Shown: positions 1-9,347 of the stretch, piece after piece | How the letters are laid out: the number at the start of each line of letters is the position of its first letter | Position numbering within the stretch: the stretch's first letter is position 1 | Assembly (NCBI GenBank): GCA_044229845.1 | Contig: JBGASG010000003.1 | Span: 128,001-192,000 of the forward strand | Source of the DNA: Candidatus Obscuribacteraceae bacterium | GTDB lineage: Bacteria > Cyanobacteriota > Vampirovibrionia > Obscuribacterales > Obscuribacteraceae | Direction of reading: 5' to 3' | DNA: 64,000 nt | The notes under the pieces: generated by a model | The model's database searches: none | The model's input: only the letters and a program-made list of their open reading frames with translations | What the model was told of the DNA's origin: nothing | Made by a program: the position numbers and the translations under genes

Positions 1-431
1 GCCCGCATGTATTGAACGCTGCGTTGCGCAAAATGTCCGGTCCGCGCGGCGACGGCGTCTATATATCGCTGCTGCCGCACAGCAGCGAGCCGCTAGAAAC
101 TCCCGGCAGCTTCCGCTACAAGACAGGAGCGATGGACAGCGTGCGCGGCATCTCGGGTATTCTGCGCACTTCAGCCGGAGAGCCACTGGCGCTGACGGTG
201 CTGGTCAACGCGCACTCGCCTTCCATACGAGAACTGCGCGGCAGCCTGCAAAACCTCGTCGATAAACTGGAAACGCTCGGTCCGCTCACTTTGCAGGCCG
301 CGCAAGAAATGAAACTGCGTCCTCCCGCCCCACCGCGGGTCGCACCGGCCGCGGTGCGCAGGGCGCCGGTCAAACGCAACGCCGCCACCGGCAAACGTAG
401 TTCCGTCCGAGGCGTTCGTCGACATCGCTAG
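1..431 (+). CDS. dacB: C-terminal part of D-Ala-D-Ala carboxypeptidase/endopeptidase (peptidase S13, PBP4), truncated by window edge
   Basis: KTG motif context 'FRYKTGAMDSVRGISGILRT...LALTVLVN' typical of the S13 C-terminus; frame open to the left edge. Confidence 0.75.
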   Translation, partial: PHVLNAALRKMSGPRGDGVYISLLPHSSEPLETPGSFRYKTGAMDSVRGISGILRTSAGEPLALTVLVNAHSPSIRELRGSLQNLVDKLETLGPLTLQAAQEMKLRPPAPPRVAPAAVRRAPVKRNAATGKRSSVRGVRRHR

Positions 432-462
432 CGCAAAGAACACCAGACTCTGACAACCAGGC

Positions 463-510
463 GCTGAACCTGTTTCAAGAGCTGAACCTGTTTCAAGAGC
501 CTGAACCTGT
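463..510. repeat. 18-bp tandem repeat GCTGAACCTGTTTCAAGA, two full copies plus a partial third
   Basis: Copies at 463-480 and 481-498, then GC-CTGAACCTGT. Confidence 0.9.
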
Positions 511-513
511 CAC

Positions 514-831
514 GTGCTTAATCGTGTGTGCCCTTCATGCCAGTTTGTCCCGGGACGTTGTATCATCGGAAGCATACAGAAGCACAAGGAATTACTCTTG
601 ACCCTCAAAGAACTAAAGCAAGCCATCGCCGACAACAAACTGCTCTGTCCCGAATGCCACAAACCGGTTTCACAGTTTGACAAGTTCAGCGAAGTGGAGG
701 ACATCTGGGATGGTGCCGGAGATTCTCGCATCGATGCCAGCGGCAGATACAAGGTGACGCTGACGTGCACAACTCCGCCCTGTCAGTGGAAAGAGCGGAC
801 TGAATACTGGAGAAACTATATTGAGGATTGA
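514..831 (+). CDS. Small putative zinc-ribbon protein (true start may be near 598)
   Basis: CPEC and CTTPPC cysteine pairs; stop overlaps the next gene. Confidence 0.6.
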   Translation: MLNRVCPSCQFVPGRCIIGSIQKHKELLLTLKELKQAIADNKLLCPECHKPVSQFDKFSEVEDIWDGAGDSRIDASGRYKVTLTCTTPPCQWKERTEYWRNYIED

Positions 832-2065
832 CTGGAGAAGCAGACTCAATCTCAAGCAGTGCTCACCAATTGCGGTGTCACTTCTGCTTTTCCTGTCGAC
901 TGCCGATGCCGGCACGGCTCCTGCTCTGGGGCAGGAACCTCCCTATATGACGCAGGTGCGTGAGCACATCAACAAGGGCAATGGACTGCTCGGTCGCCGG
1001 CTGTTCGCTGAAGCGATAGGCGAATATCAGAAAGCGCTCGACCTCGATGCTTCGAACGTAGCCGCTCGCCACAACATTGCCGAGACCCATAATAACTGGG
1101 GCATCTACTGGTACGGCATGCGGAAATACAATGATGCCATGCGGGAGTGGGAGATCACTCTGGAACTGGAACCCAATCATTTCAATGCCAAACGCAATCT
1201 GGTTCTACTTAAGCAGTTCGCCGCACGTCAGGGCATAAAACTCGGACAACCGGCGCCTGAAAACAGCGCCGGCACTGACGAGCCAGGCAGCAGCGGACCG
1301 GGCGGCGCCGGTAGCAGCGGACCGGGCAGCGCCGGCACCGGCGGCAGTGGCGCCAGCCTGCGCGGCGGCGTCGCGGGCAACAACGCGCCGCCCAGAAGTG
1401 GTATGCAGGGCGGCAAAGAGGACACGACCGAACCATCAGCCGTCATGATTCTGACCCCTAACGTCAAGGTGGGCACTGGTGCATCCAGTTCCAGCGAGGA
1501 TGCCGGCACATCGACATCTACTGCCGGCGCCAATTCGGGCACCGGTGGTGGTGCTACCGGCAGCGGTTCCAGCGGTACAGCGGCAGCGGTCAGCACCACG
1601 TCCGGCCGGTCAGCATCCGCAGTACCGCAGGTCGACCCCAACGGCGGTCCAGACGACTTTGAAGTAGCGCAGCCGCCGGTGCAGGAAGAAGAGAAGCCAC
1701 CACCCAGCAAGTCGAAGAACAAGAAGAAACAGAAAGTGGCAGCGGCCGAAACGAAATCGACCGAGAACACCGGCAACGAGCAAACCAGCGCCAGTCAGCA
1801 GCCGGCCAAAACAGCAATTCCGGCCAATCTGCATTCGTCTTCCGCCTCGAACAAATGGGCCCCGGCGGTCACGAAATCTGCAGGCGGCGAAGAACCGACC
1901 ATCGAAGACGAGCTGAAACTTCTCGAGAATAAGGTTTATGGACAGGTACAGGATCTGCCGGTGCTGAAAAGACTGGAAAAACTCGAGAAAGACACCAGCG
2001 GCAAAGTTTCTTCAGGTCCGATTCGAGAGCGCATTCAGAACCTCAGGCAGCACTACGGAATCTGA
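821..2065 (+). CDS. Secreted TPR protein with long Gly/Ser/Thr-rich linker and a short helical C-terminal domain
   Basis: Signal-like N-terminus, TPR pattern 'AEAIGEYQKALDLDASN', low-complexity middle, C-terminal 'LENKVYG...RLEKLE'. Confidence 0.8.
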   Translation: MRIDWRSRLNLKQCSPIAVSLLLFLSTADAGTAPALGQEPPYMTQVREHINKGNGLLGRRLFAEAIGEYQKALDLDASNVAARHNIAETHNNWGIYWYGMRKYNDAMREWEITLELEPNHFNAKRNLVLLKQFAARQGIKLGQPAPENSAGTDEPGSSGPGGAGSSGPGSAGTGGSGASLRGGVAGNNAPPRSGMQGGKEDTTEPSAVMILTPNVKVGTGASSSSEDAGTSTSTAGANSGTGGGATGSGSSGTAAAVSTTSGRSASAVPQVDPNGGPDDFEVAQPPVQEEEKPPPSKSKNKKKQKVAAAETKSTENTGNEQTSASQQPAKTAIPANLHSSSASNKWAPAVTKSAGGEEPTIEDELKLLENKVYGQVQDLPVLKRLEKLEKDTSGKVSSGPIRERIQNLRQHYGI

Positions 2066-2075
2066 ATTGCGCTCA

Positions 2076-2996
2076 TCAGCTAAGCATCAGCAATCCAGAG
2101 GCTCTGGCAAATAGCGGATTGCCGCTCAGGCTGTAGCTGAGATGGCGTTCGTCCATAGACTCCAGAATGCAGCGCTGCAACAGCGGTCCCAGATCGCCAT
2201 GCAACAACTGCGCCGCCGACTGCGTAGCGAAAACTCCACCGGCGAAAAGGTAGTGAGAAATGGCATAGTCCTGCCGCAGCTTATCGGTGGACAGCAAGCG
2301 CTGCGGCAGTTGCGGCGGACGTTTGTCGTGCAGGAAATGCGCCACAACTTCGCCCAACAGCATCGAGAACAGCTCTAGTTTCTCGGATTCCAATTTCTCC
2401 CCGATAGCAGCCTTTTTCGCCACGCCGTCCAGAAAAGTTTCACCGGAATCTGAGAGGGCCATCACTGTACCGTCCTCAGCGAGGGTCATGAAAGATGCAC
2501 CGATCTCCAGACTGGCGGCATCTATCAGTTGCCCGTGGTGGAAGACCTGCGCGCTTACTGAATGAGCACCAACATCAACATGACAAACCGTTGCCTGCCT
2601 TGACTGCGACAAGCGATCGGCGTGATCGGCAAGCGCCGCTGCTGTTGCGGCAATCGACTCCTCAATGAAGAGGAAACGACCGTCGCTGACCAGACCTTCC
2701 ATCGCCGAAACGATCTGCAAACCGATTTCATCGGTGCATGCAGCCATGGAGAATTGCAGGTCGCTGAGTTGACCAAGAGCATTGCGCACCGCCGCCAGCG
2801 GCGCCTCCAGAAACTGTTCCGACTCGCAGACGTACTTTGTCTGACCGTCTGACTTCTCCACACCTTGCCCGGTCGCTCGCGCCACAAAAAATTTGGTCAG
2901 TCGCCTGCCCACATCGACACCAACACGCCGTCCAGGCTCGATCACTCCGGTCACCAGGTCCTCGTTGCTGCTCGGTCGAGATTGTAGCCTAATCAT
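2076..2996 (-). CDS. EutA-like actin-fold protein (ethanolamine ammonia-lyase reactivase family), divergent
   Basis: 'VGVDVG...TK', 'HVDVG...QVFHHGQLIDAASLEIGA', 'YLFAGGV' and 'GDLGPLL' match the order of EutA motifs. Confidence 0.55.
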   Translation of the reverse strand: MIRLQSRPSSNEDLVTGVIEPGRRVGVDVGRRLTKFFVARATGQGVEKSDGQTKYVCESEQFLEAPLAAVRNALGQLSDLQFSMAACTDEIGLQIVSAMEGLVSDGRFLFIEESIAATAAALADHADRLSQSRQATVCHVDVGAHSVSAQVFHHGQLIDAASLEIGASFMTLAEDGTVMALSDSGETFLDGVAKKAAIGEKLESEKLELFSMLLGEVVAHFLHDKRPPQLPQRLLSTDKLRQDYAISHYLFAGGVFATQSAAQLLHGDLGPLLQRCILESMDERHLSYSLSGNPLFARASGLLMLS

Positions 2997-3010
2997 TTAG
3001 TCGGCAAGTC

Positions 3011-4186
3011 TTGACCATTAATAAGGAAAAGCGTTTACTGATAGGGACGCTTTACCAGAAGTCACCCAAATCCACCGTGCAACAACAGCCGGCGACAACG
3101 CAATATCAAGAGGCAGCAGAACAGGGCGACCCCACTGCTCAAGCTCACTGGTATCATCGCGCGGCCGAGCAGGGTCATCCAAACGCTCAGTACAACCTCG
3201 CCCTCATGTATCAACAGGGACAGGGAGTGGACGTTAACCTGCCGCTGGCCACAGGCTGGTACCAGAAAGCGGCGGAAAAGGGACACACGAATGCCCAGTT
3301 CAACCTGGGATTAATCCTGCAACAGCGAGAGGATGCCGATAACCTCTCGGAGGCGGCGAGATGGTATCAGATGGCTGCCGACAGGGGACACATGTATGCA
3401 GCATTCAATCTGGCTCTTATGTATCACCAGGGCAAGGGAGTGCCGCTCGATTACGAGAAGGCCGCCGACTATTACAGTCGGGCCGCGCAGCACGGTCACG
3501 CCATCTCGCAATTCAATCTGGCGCTGATGTTTCACCAGGGGCGCGGCGTCGATCGCGACCCCAGCAAGGCGGCTCACCTGTATCGCCTGGCAGCGCAACA
3601 GGGGCATGTCACCTCGCAGTTCAACCTGGGACTGATGCTGCATCACGGTGACGGGGTGCGTCCGGATCTAAATGAGGCAGCGGCGCTCTATAAACAAGTC
3701 GCTGAGCACGGACATGCAACTGCCCAATTTGTGCTGGGCACGATGTTGCAACAGGGTGAAGGTGTTCCTCAAGATCACAAAGCTGCCGCATCCTGGTTTT
3801 TGCGAGCGGCCGAACAAGGTCACATGAAAGCACAATACGCGTACGCTCTGAAATTGAAGAAGGGCGAAGGTGTTGACCAGGATTTGAAAAACGCCATTCG
3901 CTGGTTCAGCAAGGCTGCCGACCAGGGATATCCGAAAGCGCTGTACAATCTGGGTTTCATGCTCCAGCACGGCGAAGGTGTGCCCAAAGATCCAGCCCGC
4001 GCAGCCCGAGCTTATCTGCAGGGAGCCGAACTAAATCACGCGCCGTCCCAGTTCAACCTGGCTCAAATGTACAGCGAAGGCGAAGGGATTCCAAAAGACA
4101 TCGATGAAGCAGCAAGATGGTACGCAAAAGCCGCGCAACAAGGTCACACCACGGCGCTCCAATCGCTCAGCGTCCTACACGAGTGA
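3011..4186 (+). CDS. Sel1-like repeat protein (about 9 repeats)
   Basis: Repeated 36-aa 'AQFNLALMY..G.GV..D...A..WY..AAEQGH' units. Confidence 0.93.
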   Translation: MTINKEKRLLIGTLYQKSPKSTVQQQPATTQYQEAAEQGDPTAQAHWYHRAAEQGHPNAQYNLALMYQQGQGVDVNLPLATGWYQKAAEKGHTNAQFNLGLILQQREDADNLSEAARWYQMAADRGHMYAAFNLALMYHQGKGVPLDYEKAADYYSRAAQHGHAISQFNLALMFHQGRGVDRDPSKAAHLYRLAAQQGHVTSQFNLGLMLHHGDGVRPDLNEAAALYKQVAEHGHATAQFVLGTMLQQGEGVPQDHKAAASWFLRAAEQGHMKAQYAYALKLKKGEGVDQDLKNAIRWFSKAADQGYPKALYNLGFMLQHGEGVPKDPARAARAYLQGAELNHAPSQFNLAQMYSEGEGIPKDIDEAARWYAKAAQQGHTTALQSLSVLHE

Positions 4187-4862
4187 TCGCCCGCATCTAG
4201 ATTTTGATGTTCAGGCGGCAGTGACGCAGATCGGCAAACGCGATCCCGTTATGAAGAGTCTGATCAGCCAGGTAGGCGACTTCAAACTGGCGCCGACCGC
4301 CTGGCAGTCAACCTTTGAGGCGCTCGCCGAATCGATCGTCTACCAGCAACTCACCGGAAAAGCGGCGGCCACAATTTTCGGTCGGGTGAAGAAACTGTTT
4401 CACGAACAAGACTTTTTCACTCCTCAGGAAATCCTGGCGGCCAGTGAAGAGCAATTGCGGTCAGCGGGACTGTCGCGAGCAAAGACGCTGGCACTCAAAG
4501 ATCTGGCGCTAAAAACCAGTCAAGGTCTTGTGCCTGCCGCCGAAGAATTGCACGTTCTGAACGATGACGAGATTGTAAAAAAGCTGGTGTCGATTCGGGG
4601 AATCGGGAAGTGGACGGTGCAAATGCTTTTGATCTTTCGTCTCGGTAAACCTGACGTGCTGCCGGTCGACGATTATGGAATTCGCAAAGGCTTCGCGCTG
4701 GTCTACGGGCAGGCAGAACTGCCCAAGCCGAAAGAGCTGGAGTCTTTTGGAGAGATCTGGCGCCCCTACCGCACAGTGGCATCATGGTATCTCTGGCGAG
4801 CGCTGGAGCTGCCACCAGATGTAGCAGCAGCCTGCAGCCGCACAAGGCGCCATCGCCGGTAG
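4104..4862 (+). CDS. alkA: DNA-3-methyladenine glycosylase II, AlkA/HhH-GPD family (start uncertain)
   Basis: 'IVYQQL..KAA', HhH 'IRGIGKWTVQM', 'LPVDDYGIR', 'WRPYRTVASWYLW'. Confidence 0.88.
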   Translation: MKQQDGTQKPRNKVTPRRSNRSASYTSDRPHLDFDVQAAVTQIGKRDPVMKSLISQVGDFKLAPTAWQSTFEALAESIVYQQLTGKAAATIFGRVKKLFHEQDFFTPQEILAASEEQLRSAGLSRAKTLALKDLALKTSQGLVPAAEELHVLNDDEIVKKLVSIRGIGKWTVQMLLIFRLGKPDVLPVDDYGIRKGFALVYGQAELPKPKELESFGEIWRPYRTVASWYLWRALELPPDVAAACSRTRRHRR

Positions 4863-4864
4863 TA

Positions 4865-6106
4865 TCAGCCTTTGACCACCACCACTTGCCGCAAACGGTG
4901 AACAATCTCCACCAGATCGCTCTGGGCTTCCATTACCGCATCAATCGGCTTGTAGGCGCCGGGAGTTTCATCTATCACTTCAGCATCCTTACGGCATTCG
5001 ATGCCGTCGGTCGCTTTGATGTGATCCTCCAATGAGAATTGTTTTTTGGCTTGTGAGCGCGACATCAACCGTCCCGCTCCATGACTGCAACTCTCAAATG
5101 AATCAGGATTGCCCAGCCCCCGCACGATAAACGACGACGCACCCATGCTTCCCGGAATGATTCCCCACTCCCCGAGTCCGGCTCGCACCGCCCCTTTGCG
5201 AGTCACCAGCACATCGCTGCCGAAATGCTGTTCCTTCTGCACATAGTTGTGGTGGCAGTTGATCACTTTCTCCGTGGCCGAGAAGGACGGCAGGTGAGGT
5301 TCGTTAGCCAGCGCCGTCAACACGGCATCCAGCATCAAGGCGCGATTCGTGGCGGCAAAATCCTGTGCCCAGCCGACTGCCCGCACATAGTCATCGAAAT
5401 GGTCGGCGCCTTCTTTGAAATAAGCCAGATCTTGGTCGGGCAAGTCGGCAAGGTGCTTGCGCATGTCCTTTTTGGCCAGCTCGATGAAATAAGTGCCGAT
5501 GCGATTGCCGACACCGCGGGAACCGCTGTGCAGAAGTACCCATACACAATTGTCTTCATCCAGGCAAACTTCGATGAAATGGTTACCTGTTCCGAGCGTA
5601 CCCAAATGATTGATGTGGTTGACATGCCCGTTATCCAGCTTCGGATGACGCTCTGTGATCTGCTTGTAACCCTGCTGCAGCCGGCTCCAGGCTTTGATCT
5701 GATCCTTGGGTGGGCTGTTCCAGGCGCCGCGATCGGCTTTGCCACCACCAGCGGTGCGACCGTGCGGGACGGCTCTTTCGATGGCCGTTCGTAGAGAACT
5801 GAGATCGTCCGGTAGATCTTCGGCTTTCAATGTCGTCTGGCAGGCCACCATGCCGCACCCGATATCGACACCAACCGCAGCGGGAATAATGGCACTGATA
5901 GTCGGAATGACGCTGCCGACAGTTGCTCCCATGCCCCAGTGCACATCAGGCATGACAGCGATCCACTTGTAAATAATCGGCAGACTGGCAACGTTGTTCA
6001 GCTGCTTTTCCGCTTCCTTCTCCAACGCCACGCCTTTCACCCAGGCCTTGATGGGAACGCGGCCGTGACCGGACAGCTCGATGTAGTTGGAGGTCGATGA
6101 TTTCAT
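4865..6106 (-). CDS. rtcB: RtcB RNA ligase
   Basis: 'MPDVHWGMGATVG', 'GVDIGCG', 'LGTLGTGNHF', 'LHSGSRG', 'CHHNY', 'SCSHGAGR', 'ETPGAYK'; ATG at 6106 with GGCAGGGA upstream. Confidence 0.96.
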   Translation of the reverse strand: MKSSTSNYIELSGHGRVPIKAWVKGVALEKEAEKQLNNVASLPIIYKWIAVMPDVHWGMGATVGSVIPTISAIIPAAVGVDIGCGMVACQTTLKAEDLPDDLSSLRTAIERAVPHGRTAGGGKADRGAWNSPPKDQIKAWSRLQQGYKQITERHPKLDNGHVNHINHLGTLGTGNHFIEVCLDEDNCVWVLLHSGSRGVGNRIGTYFIELAKKDMRKHLADLPDQDLAYFKEGADHFDDYVRAVGWAQDFAATNRALMLDAVLTALANEPHLPSFSATEKVINCHHNYVQKEQHFGSDVLVTRKGAVRAGLGEWGIIPGSMGASSFIVRGLGNPDSFESCSHGAGRLMSRSQAKKQFSLEDHIKATDGIECRKDAEVIDETPGAYKPIDAVMEAQSDLVEIVHRLRQVVVVKG

Positions 6107-6121
6107 AAATCCCTGCCATAA

Positions 6122-6172
6122 CAGTGGAGTTAATTGTTCCACAAGTTAACTGCGCCACTGCTTGTGGAACAA
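6122..6172. promoter_or_regulatory. Two interlocking inverted repeats upstream of rtcB
   Basis: 6134-6145 TTGTTCCACAAG is the exact reverse complement of 6161-6172; 6122-6133 CAGTGGAGTTAA pairs with 6146-6160 TTAACT-gcg-CCACTG. Confidence 0.55.
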
Positions 6173-6219
6173 AGATAGAGCGCCTGGCCTATCCGCATAA
6201 CGTGAAAGTTTCTTGCCAA

Positions 6220-6762
6220 ATGAGCGATTCCGAGCAAGTTTTGGATTTCAGCCCTGAACCACCCGCCCAGCAACGCACTCGCTCTCTAGTGGTCGAGCTA
6301 CTGGTACGGCAAGCTCTGGCCGGCGAAGACTGGCAAACCAAAAGCGCCAACCTCATCCAGACGCATAATATCGACCCCGATGAGGTCGAACGTGAACTGG
6401 CAAAGCGCAAAGACCGGCGCAGCGGGCGCAGCGAACCAGGATCGCAGCGACGCGCTCGTGTCTTGACCGAAGTTCTCAGAGAAATGCCCGCTGACGCCCC
6501 ACGAGAGGAAATCGTAGCGGCATTCAAGACAAGATATAGCCAACCGGATCGGCGGCGCTCCAATGACAAGCCCCAGACGGCGGCCGCCGATGTCCCCACC
6601 ACCCCTGAAACCGCCGTGGAGCCCACTCCACAGCCCCAGGCGGAAAGCTCAAGTGATATCGCTTCAGCAGCGGCACCCTCGGCACCGGACGGTAATCAAG
6701 AAACAAAAGCAGACGAAAACAAGAAGCCGTGGTGGAAACGTGTTATGTTCTGGATAAAATAA
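6220..6762 (+). CDS. Hypothetical protein with Pro/Ala-rich linker and KKPWWK tail
   Basis: ORF divergent from rtcB; ATG at 6220 chosen to avoid overlap with the rtcB leader. Confidence 0.6.
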   Translation: MSDSEQVLDFSPEPPAQQRTRSLVVELLVRQALAGEDWQTKSANLIQTHNIDPDEVERELAKRKDRRSGRSEPGSQRRARVLTEVLREMPADAPREEIVAAFKTRYSQPDRRRSNDKPQTAAADVPTTPETAVEPTPQPQAESSSDIASAAAPSAPDGNQETKADENKKPWWKRVMFWIK

Positions 6763-6808
6763 CCAGTACAGTTCGCTACGGTTTGTACGTTTCTGCGGAA
6801 GTGAAAGC

Positions 6809-7090
6809 TTGGAAGTCGCTCTCATATTTTTGGCCATAGTCGTCGGTTTTGGCTTGCTGATCGTCACGCCGGCCATTGTGTTTCGTCCGCTCGTGATTGC
6901 ACTGGCAGACAGGATCGCGGGCAAGAAAGCCGGCAACGCAGATATCAGAGAGCTCAAAGAACGCGTTGCAAGACTGGAAGGCGAACTGATGGAAGTGCGC
7001 TGCACTGTGATCGAAATTGAGAACACGCATGAGTTCACCAAGAAACTCACGGATGAGAATCAGCGGCCGACCACCAGCCGCACCGAATAG
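6809..7090 (+). CDS. Small membrane-anchored coiled-coil protein
   Basis: N-terminal hydrophobic helix followed by 'IRELKERVARLEGEL' heptads. Confidence 0.65.
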   Translation: MEVALIFLAIVVGFGLLIVTPAIVFRPLVIALADRIAGKKAGNADIRELKERVARLEGELMEVRCTVIEIENTHEFTKKLTDENQRPTTSRTE

Positions 7091-7108
7091 CCGCACCGAA
7101 TCATCGTT

Positions 7109-9271
7109 TCAGTCCAGAATGTTATCCAGCATGCGCTTGAAGAAATTTCTTTTCTTCTTTGGCTTTTCTTTTCGAAAATCCGGTGCCAGCGGCGGCTCGT
7201 CATTGTCGCGGGCTTGCGTGCCTGAGTTCGCATTTTGGTCAGGCGCATTCTCACGCGGCGCATACTCCTGCACTCCAGGACCATGATTCTCGCCGGTGAA
7301 GAACTCGACCACGCGATCGAATATACCGGCTGGATTGGGCAGGAAGTGCAACGGTTCAGGCTCTTCAATCAATGGATGCAGAGGTGCTTCAAAACTGCCT
7401 GAATTCACTTTGTTCGCCTGATAGTAACAGCGCATGTAGTTCTGCCAGATGCCTGCCATGACTGAGCCGCCGGTCACTCCTCTGATTGAGTCATTCTCGT
7501 CATTGCCGCCCCAGACAACGGTTGCCATGTCCGGAGTAAATCCGGCGAACCAGATATCCTTGCCACCATCTGCAGTGCCGGTCTTGCCGGCCACCGGCCG
7601 GTCAAATAGACGGGCATGAGTGCCCGTACCCTTCTCCACCACATCTTGCAAAGCATCCACCAGTTCAGCCACCGGTTCGTTAGCGAAGACGCGCGTTTGC
7701 TGCACTGTCGATTCAAAGACCGTGTGCCCTTTTCTGTCCTCGACTTTGCGAATAAAGTGAGGCTCGATGTAAACGCCTCCGCGCGCCAGCGTTGCATAAG
7801 CGGCTGCCATCTCCAGTGGACTGACGGCACAACTACCCAGCGCCAGGGATAAATTCGGTTGCAGTTCTGTCTTGATGCCGGCTCGATGGGCTGTCTCGAT
7901 CACGGCTTCCGGTCCGACCTGATCGGCTACGTTGACCGCACAGGTGTTGCGCGAAAGCGCAATCGCTTTGCGAATCGTGATCGGTCCCAGATACTGCCCG
8001 TCAAAGTTGCGCGGGCTGTAGGCGGCGCCCATGCCTGTTTTGTAGTATGAATAAGGAGCGTCATCCAGCATGGTGTCCGGCTTGAGAACGCCTTCCGTCA
8101 GCCCCGTCAGATACACGAACGGCTTAAACGCCGAACCGGCCGTGTGTGGCGCCGTAGCCCGATTCCATTGATTTTTGGAGAAATCTTTCGCACCGCCGAC
8201 CATGGCGACGACTCCACCATCTGCCACCGAGATTGATACCAGCGCACCCTGCCGCACGCCGCGCGGGGCTTTGGCAATCCCGTTGTGCAGGTTCATCTCA
8301 GCCAGATGCTGAGCAGAGGGATCGAGATTTGTGAAGACGCTCCAGCCCTTGGTCCAGACGTCTTTGCCGAACTTGGTCTCCAGTTCTTGAGTCACCTCGC
8401 TGACATAGTGCGGATACTTTTCGGCACCGCCCTCGATGGACTTGAATGAAAGCTTCTCCTTTTTGTATTTCTCGGACTGCACCGGTGTCAGATAGCCGGT
8501 CTCCACCATGTCGGTGAGTATGCGTCTTTGCCGCTCTAGTGTGACACTGCGACTGGATGCCTGGCTGAACACCGAAGGAGCCGGAATAATGGCGGCGAGA
8601 AACGCCGCTTCCGCGGCGTCCAGTTTGCGCGCACTCTTGCCGAAATATTTCTGCGAAGCGCGCTCTACACCGTAGACTCCGTGACCGAAATAAACGGTGT
8701 TCAAGTACGACTCGAGCAGTTCGTCCTTCTTGTAAGCGCGTTCCAATTCCATGGCCACGAAAATCTCCGCGACCTTGCGATCGAGTGTGCGAGTCTCTCC
8801 TTCGAAGTAGATATTTTTTGCCAGTTGCTGCGTGAGCGTGCTGCCGCCCTGCACCGGCTTGCCGGCCTTTACGTTGACCATGGCAGCCCGCGCAAAGGCA
8901 ATCAGATTGACACCGCCGTGGTTGTAAAACTCTCTGTCTTCAGCCGTCAACAAAGCTTGCCGCATCACCGGCGCAATCTCACTCAGCTTAACGGGCTGCA
9001 AATCCTTTTCGGCGTATAGAACCGCAATCTCTTTGTCGTGGCGATCGAACACCTTCAGACCTTTGCCGTAGTCGGGAAGCGACGCCAGCCTCAGGAGGGG
9101 CACCGGCTTAAAGACCGACCCGGTGCGTGAGAAGGTGAAGGCAGCAGTGGCGGTGGCCAGAAGAATAATGCCTGCCGCCACCCAGCCGGGACGCTTTAGT
9201 CCCGGCCGGGCATGACGCATCGGCGATTCAGATTTCTGAACTGGCTTTTCTCTTACTTGCATGAAAGACAC
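7109..9271 (-). CDS. Class A penicillin-binding protein (PBP1A family transglycosylase/transpeptidase)
   Basis: 'AEDREFY', 'QGGSTLTQQLAKN', 'YLNTVYFG', SxxK 'GSAFKP', SxN 'SRN', 'AGKTGT'. Confidence 0.95.
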   Translation of the reverse strand: MSFMQVREKPVQKSESPMRHARPGLKRPGWVAAGIILLATATAAFTFSRTGSVFKPVPLLRLASLPDYGKGLKVFDRHDKEIAVLYAEKDLQPVKLSEIAPVMRQALLTAEDREFYNHGGVNLIAFARAAMVNVKAGKPVQGGSTLTQQLAKNIYFEGETRTLDRKVAEIFVAMELERAYKKDELLESYLNTVYFGHGVYGVERASQKYFGKSARKLDAAEAAFLAAIIPAPSVFSQASSRSVTLERQRRILTDMVETGYLTPVQSEKYKKEKLSFKSIEGGAEKYPHYVSEVTQELETKFGKDVWTKGWSVFTNLDPSAQHLAEMNLHNGIAKAPRGVRQGALVSISVADGGVVAMVGGAKDFSKNQWNRATAPHTAGSAFKPFVYLTGLTEGVLKPDTMLDDAPYSYYKTGMGAAYSPRNFDGQYLGPITIRKAIALSRNTCAVNVADQVGPEAVIETAHRAGIKTELQPNLSLALGSCAVSPLEMAAAYATLARGGVYIEPHFIRKVEDRKGHTVFESTVQQTRVFANEPVAELVDALQDVVEKGTGTHARLFDRPVAGKTGTADGGKDIWFAGFTPDMATVVWGGNDENDSIRGVTGGSVMAGIWQNYMRCYYQANKVNSGSFEAPLHPLIEEPEPLHFLPNPAGIFDRVVEFFTGENHGPGVQEYAPRENAPDQNANSGTQARDNDEPPLAPDFRKEKPKKKRNFFKRMLDNILD

Positions 9272-9347
9272 TTGGGATTGGCTTTGTGACGCCTGAGCTT
9301 GAAGACGCCAACTTCATCAGTTGGTTTCACGTCATATGGTTCTTCTT

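Noticed and set aside
4865..6172. Ro60/Y RNA or rtcAR operon around rtcB
   Set aside because: No such genes or tRNA-like element recognised next to rtcB.
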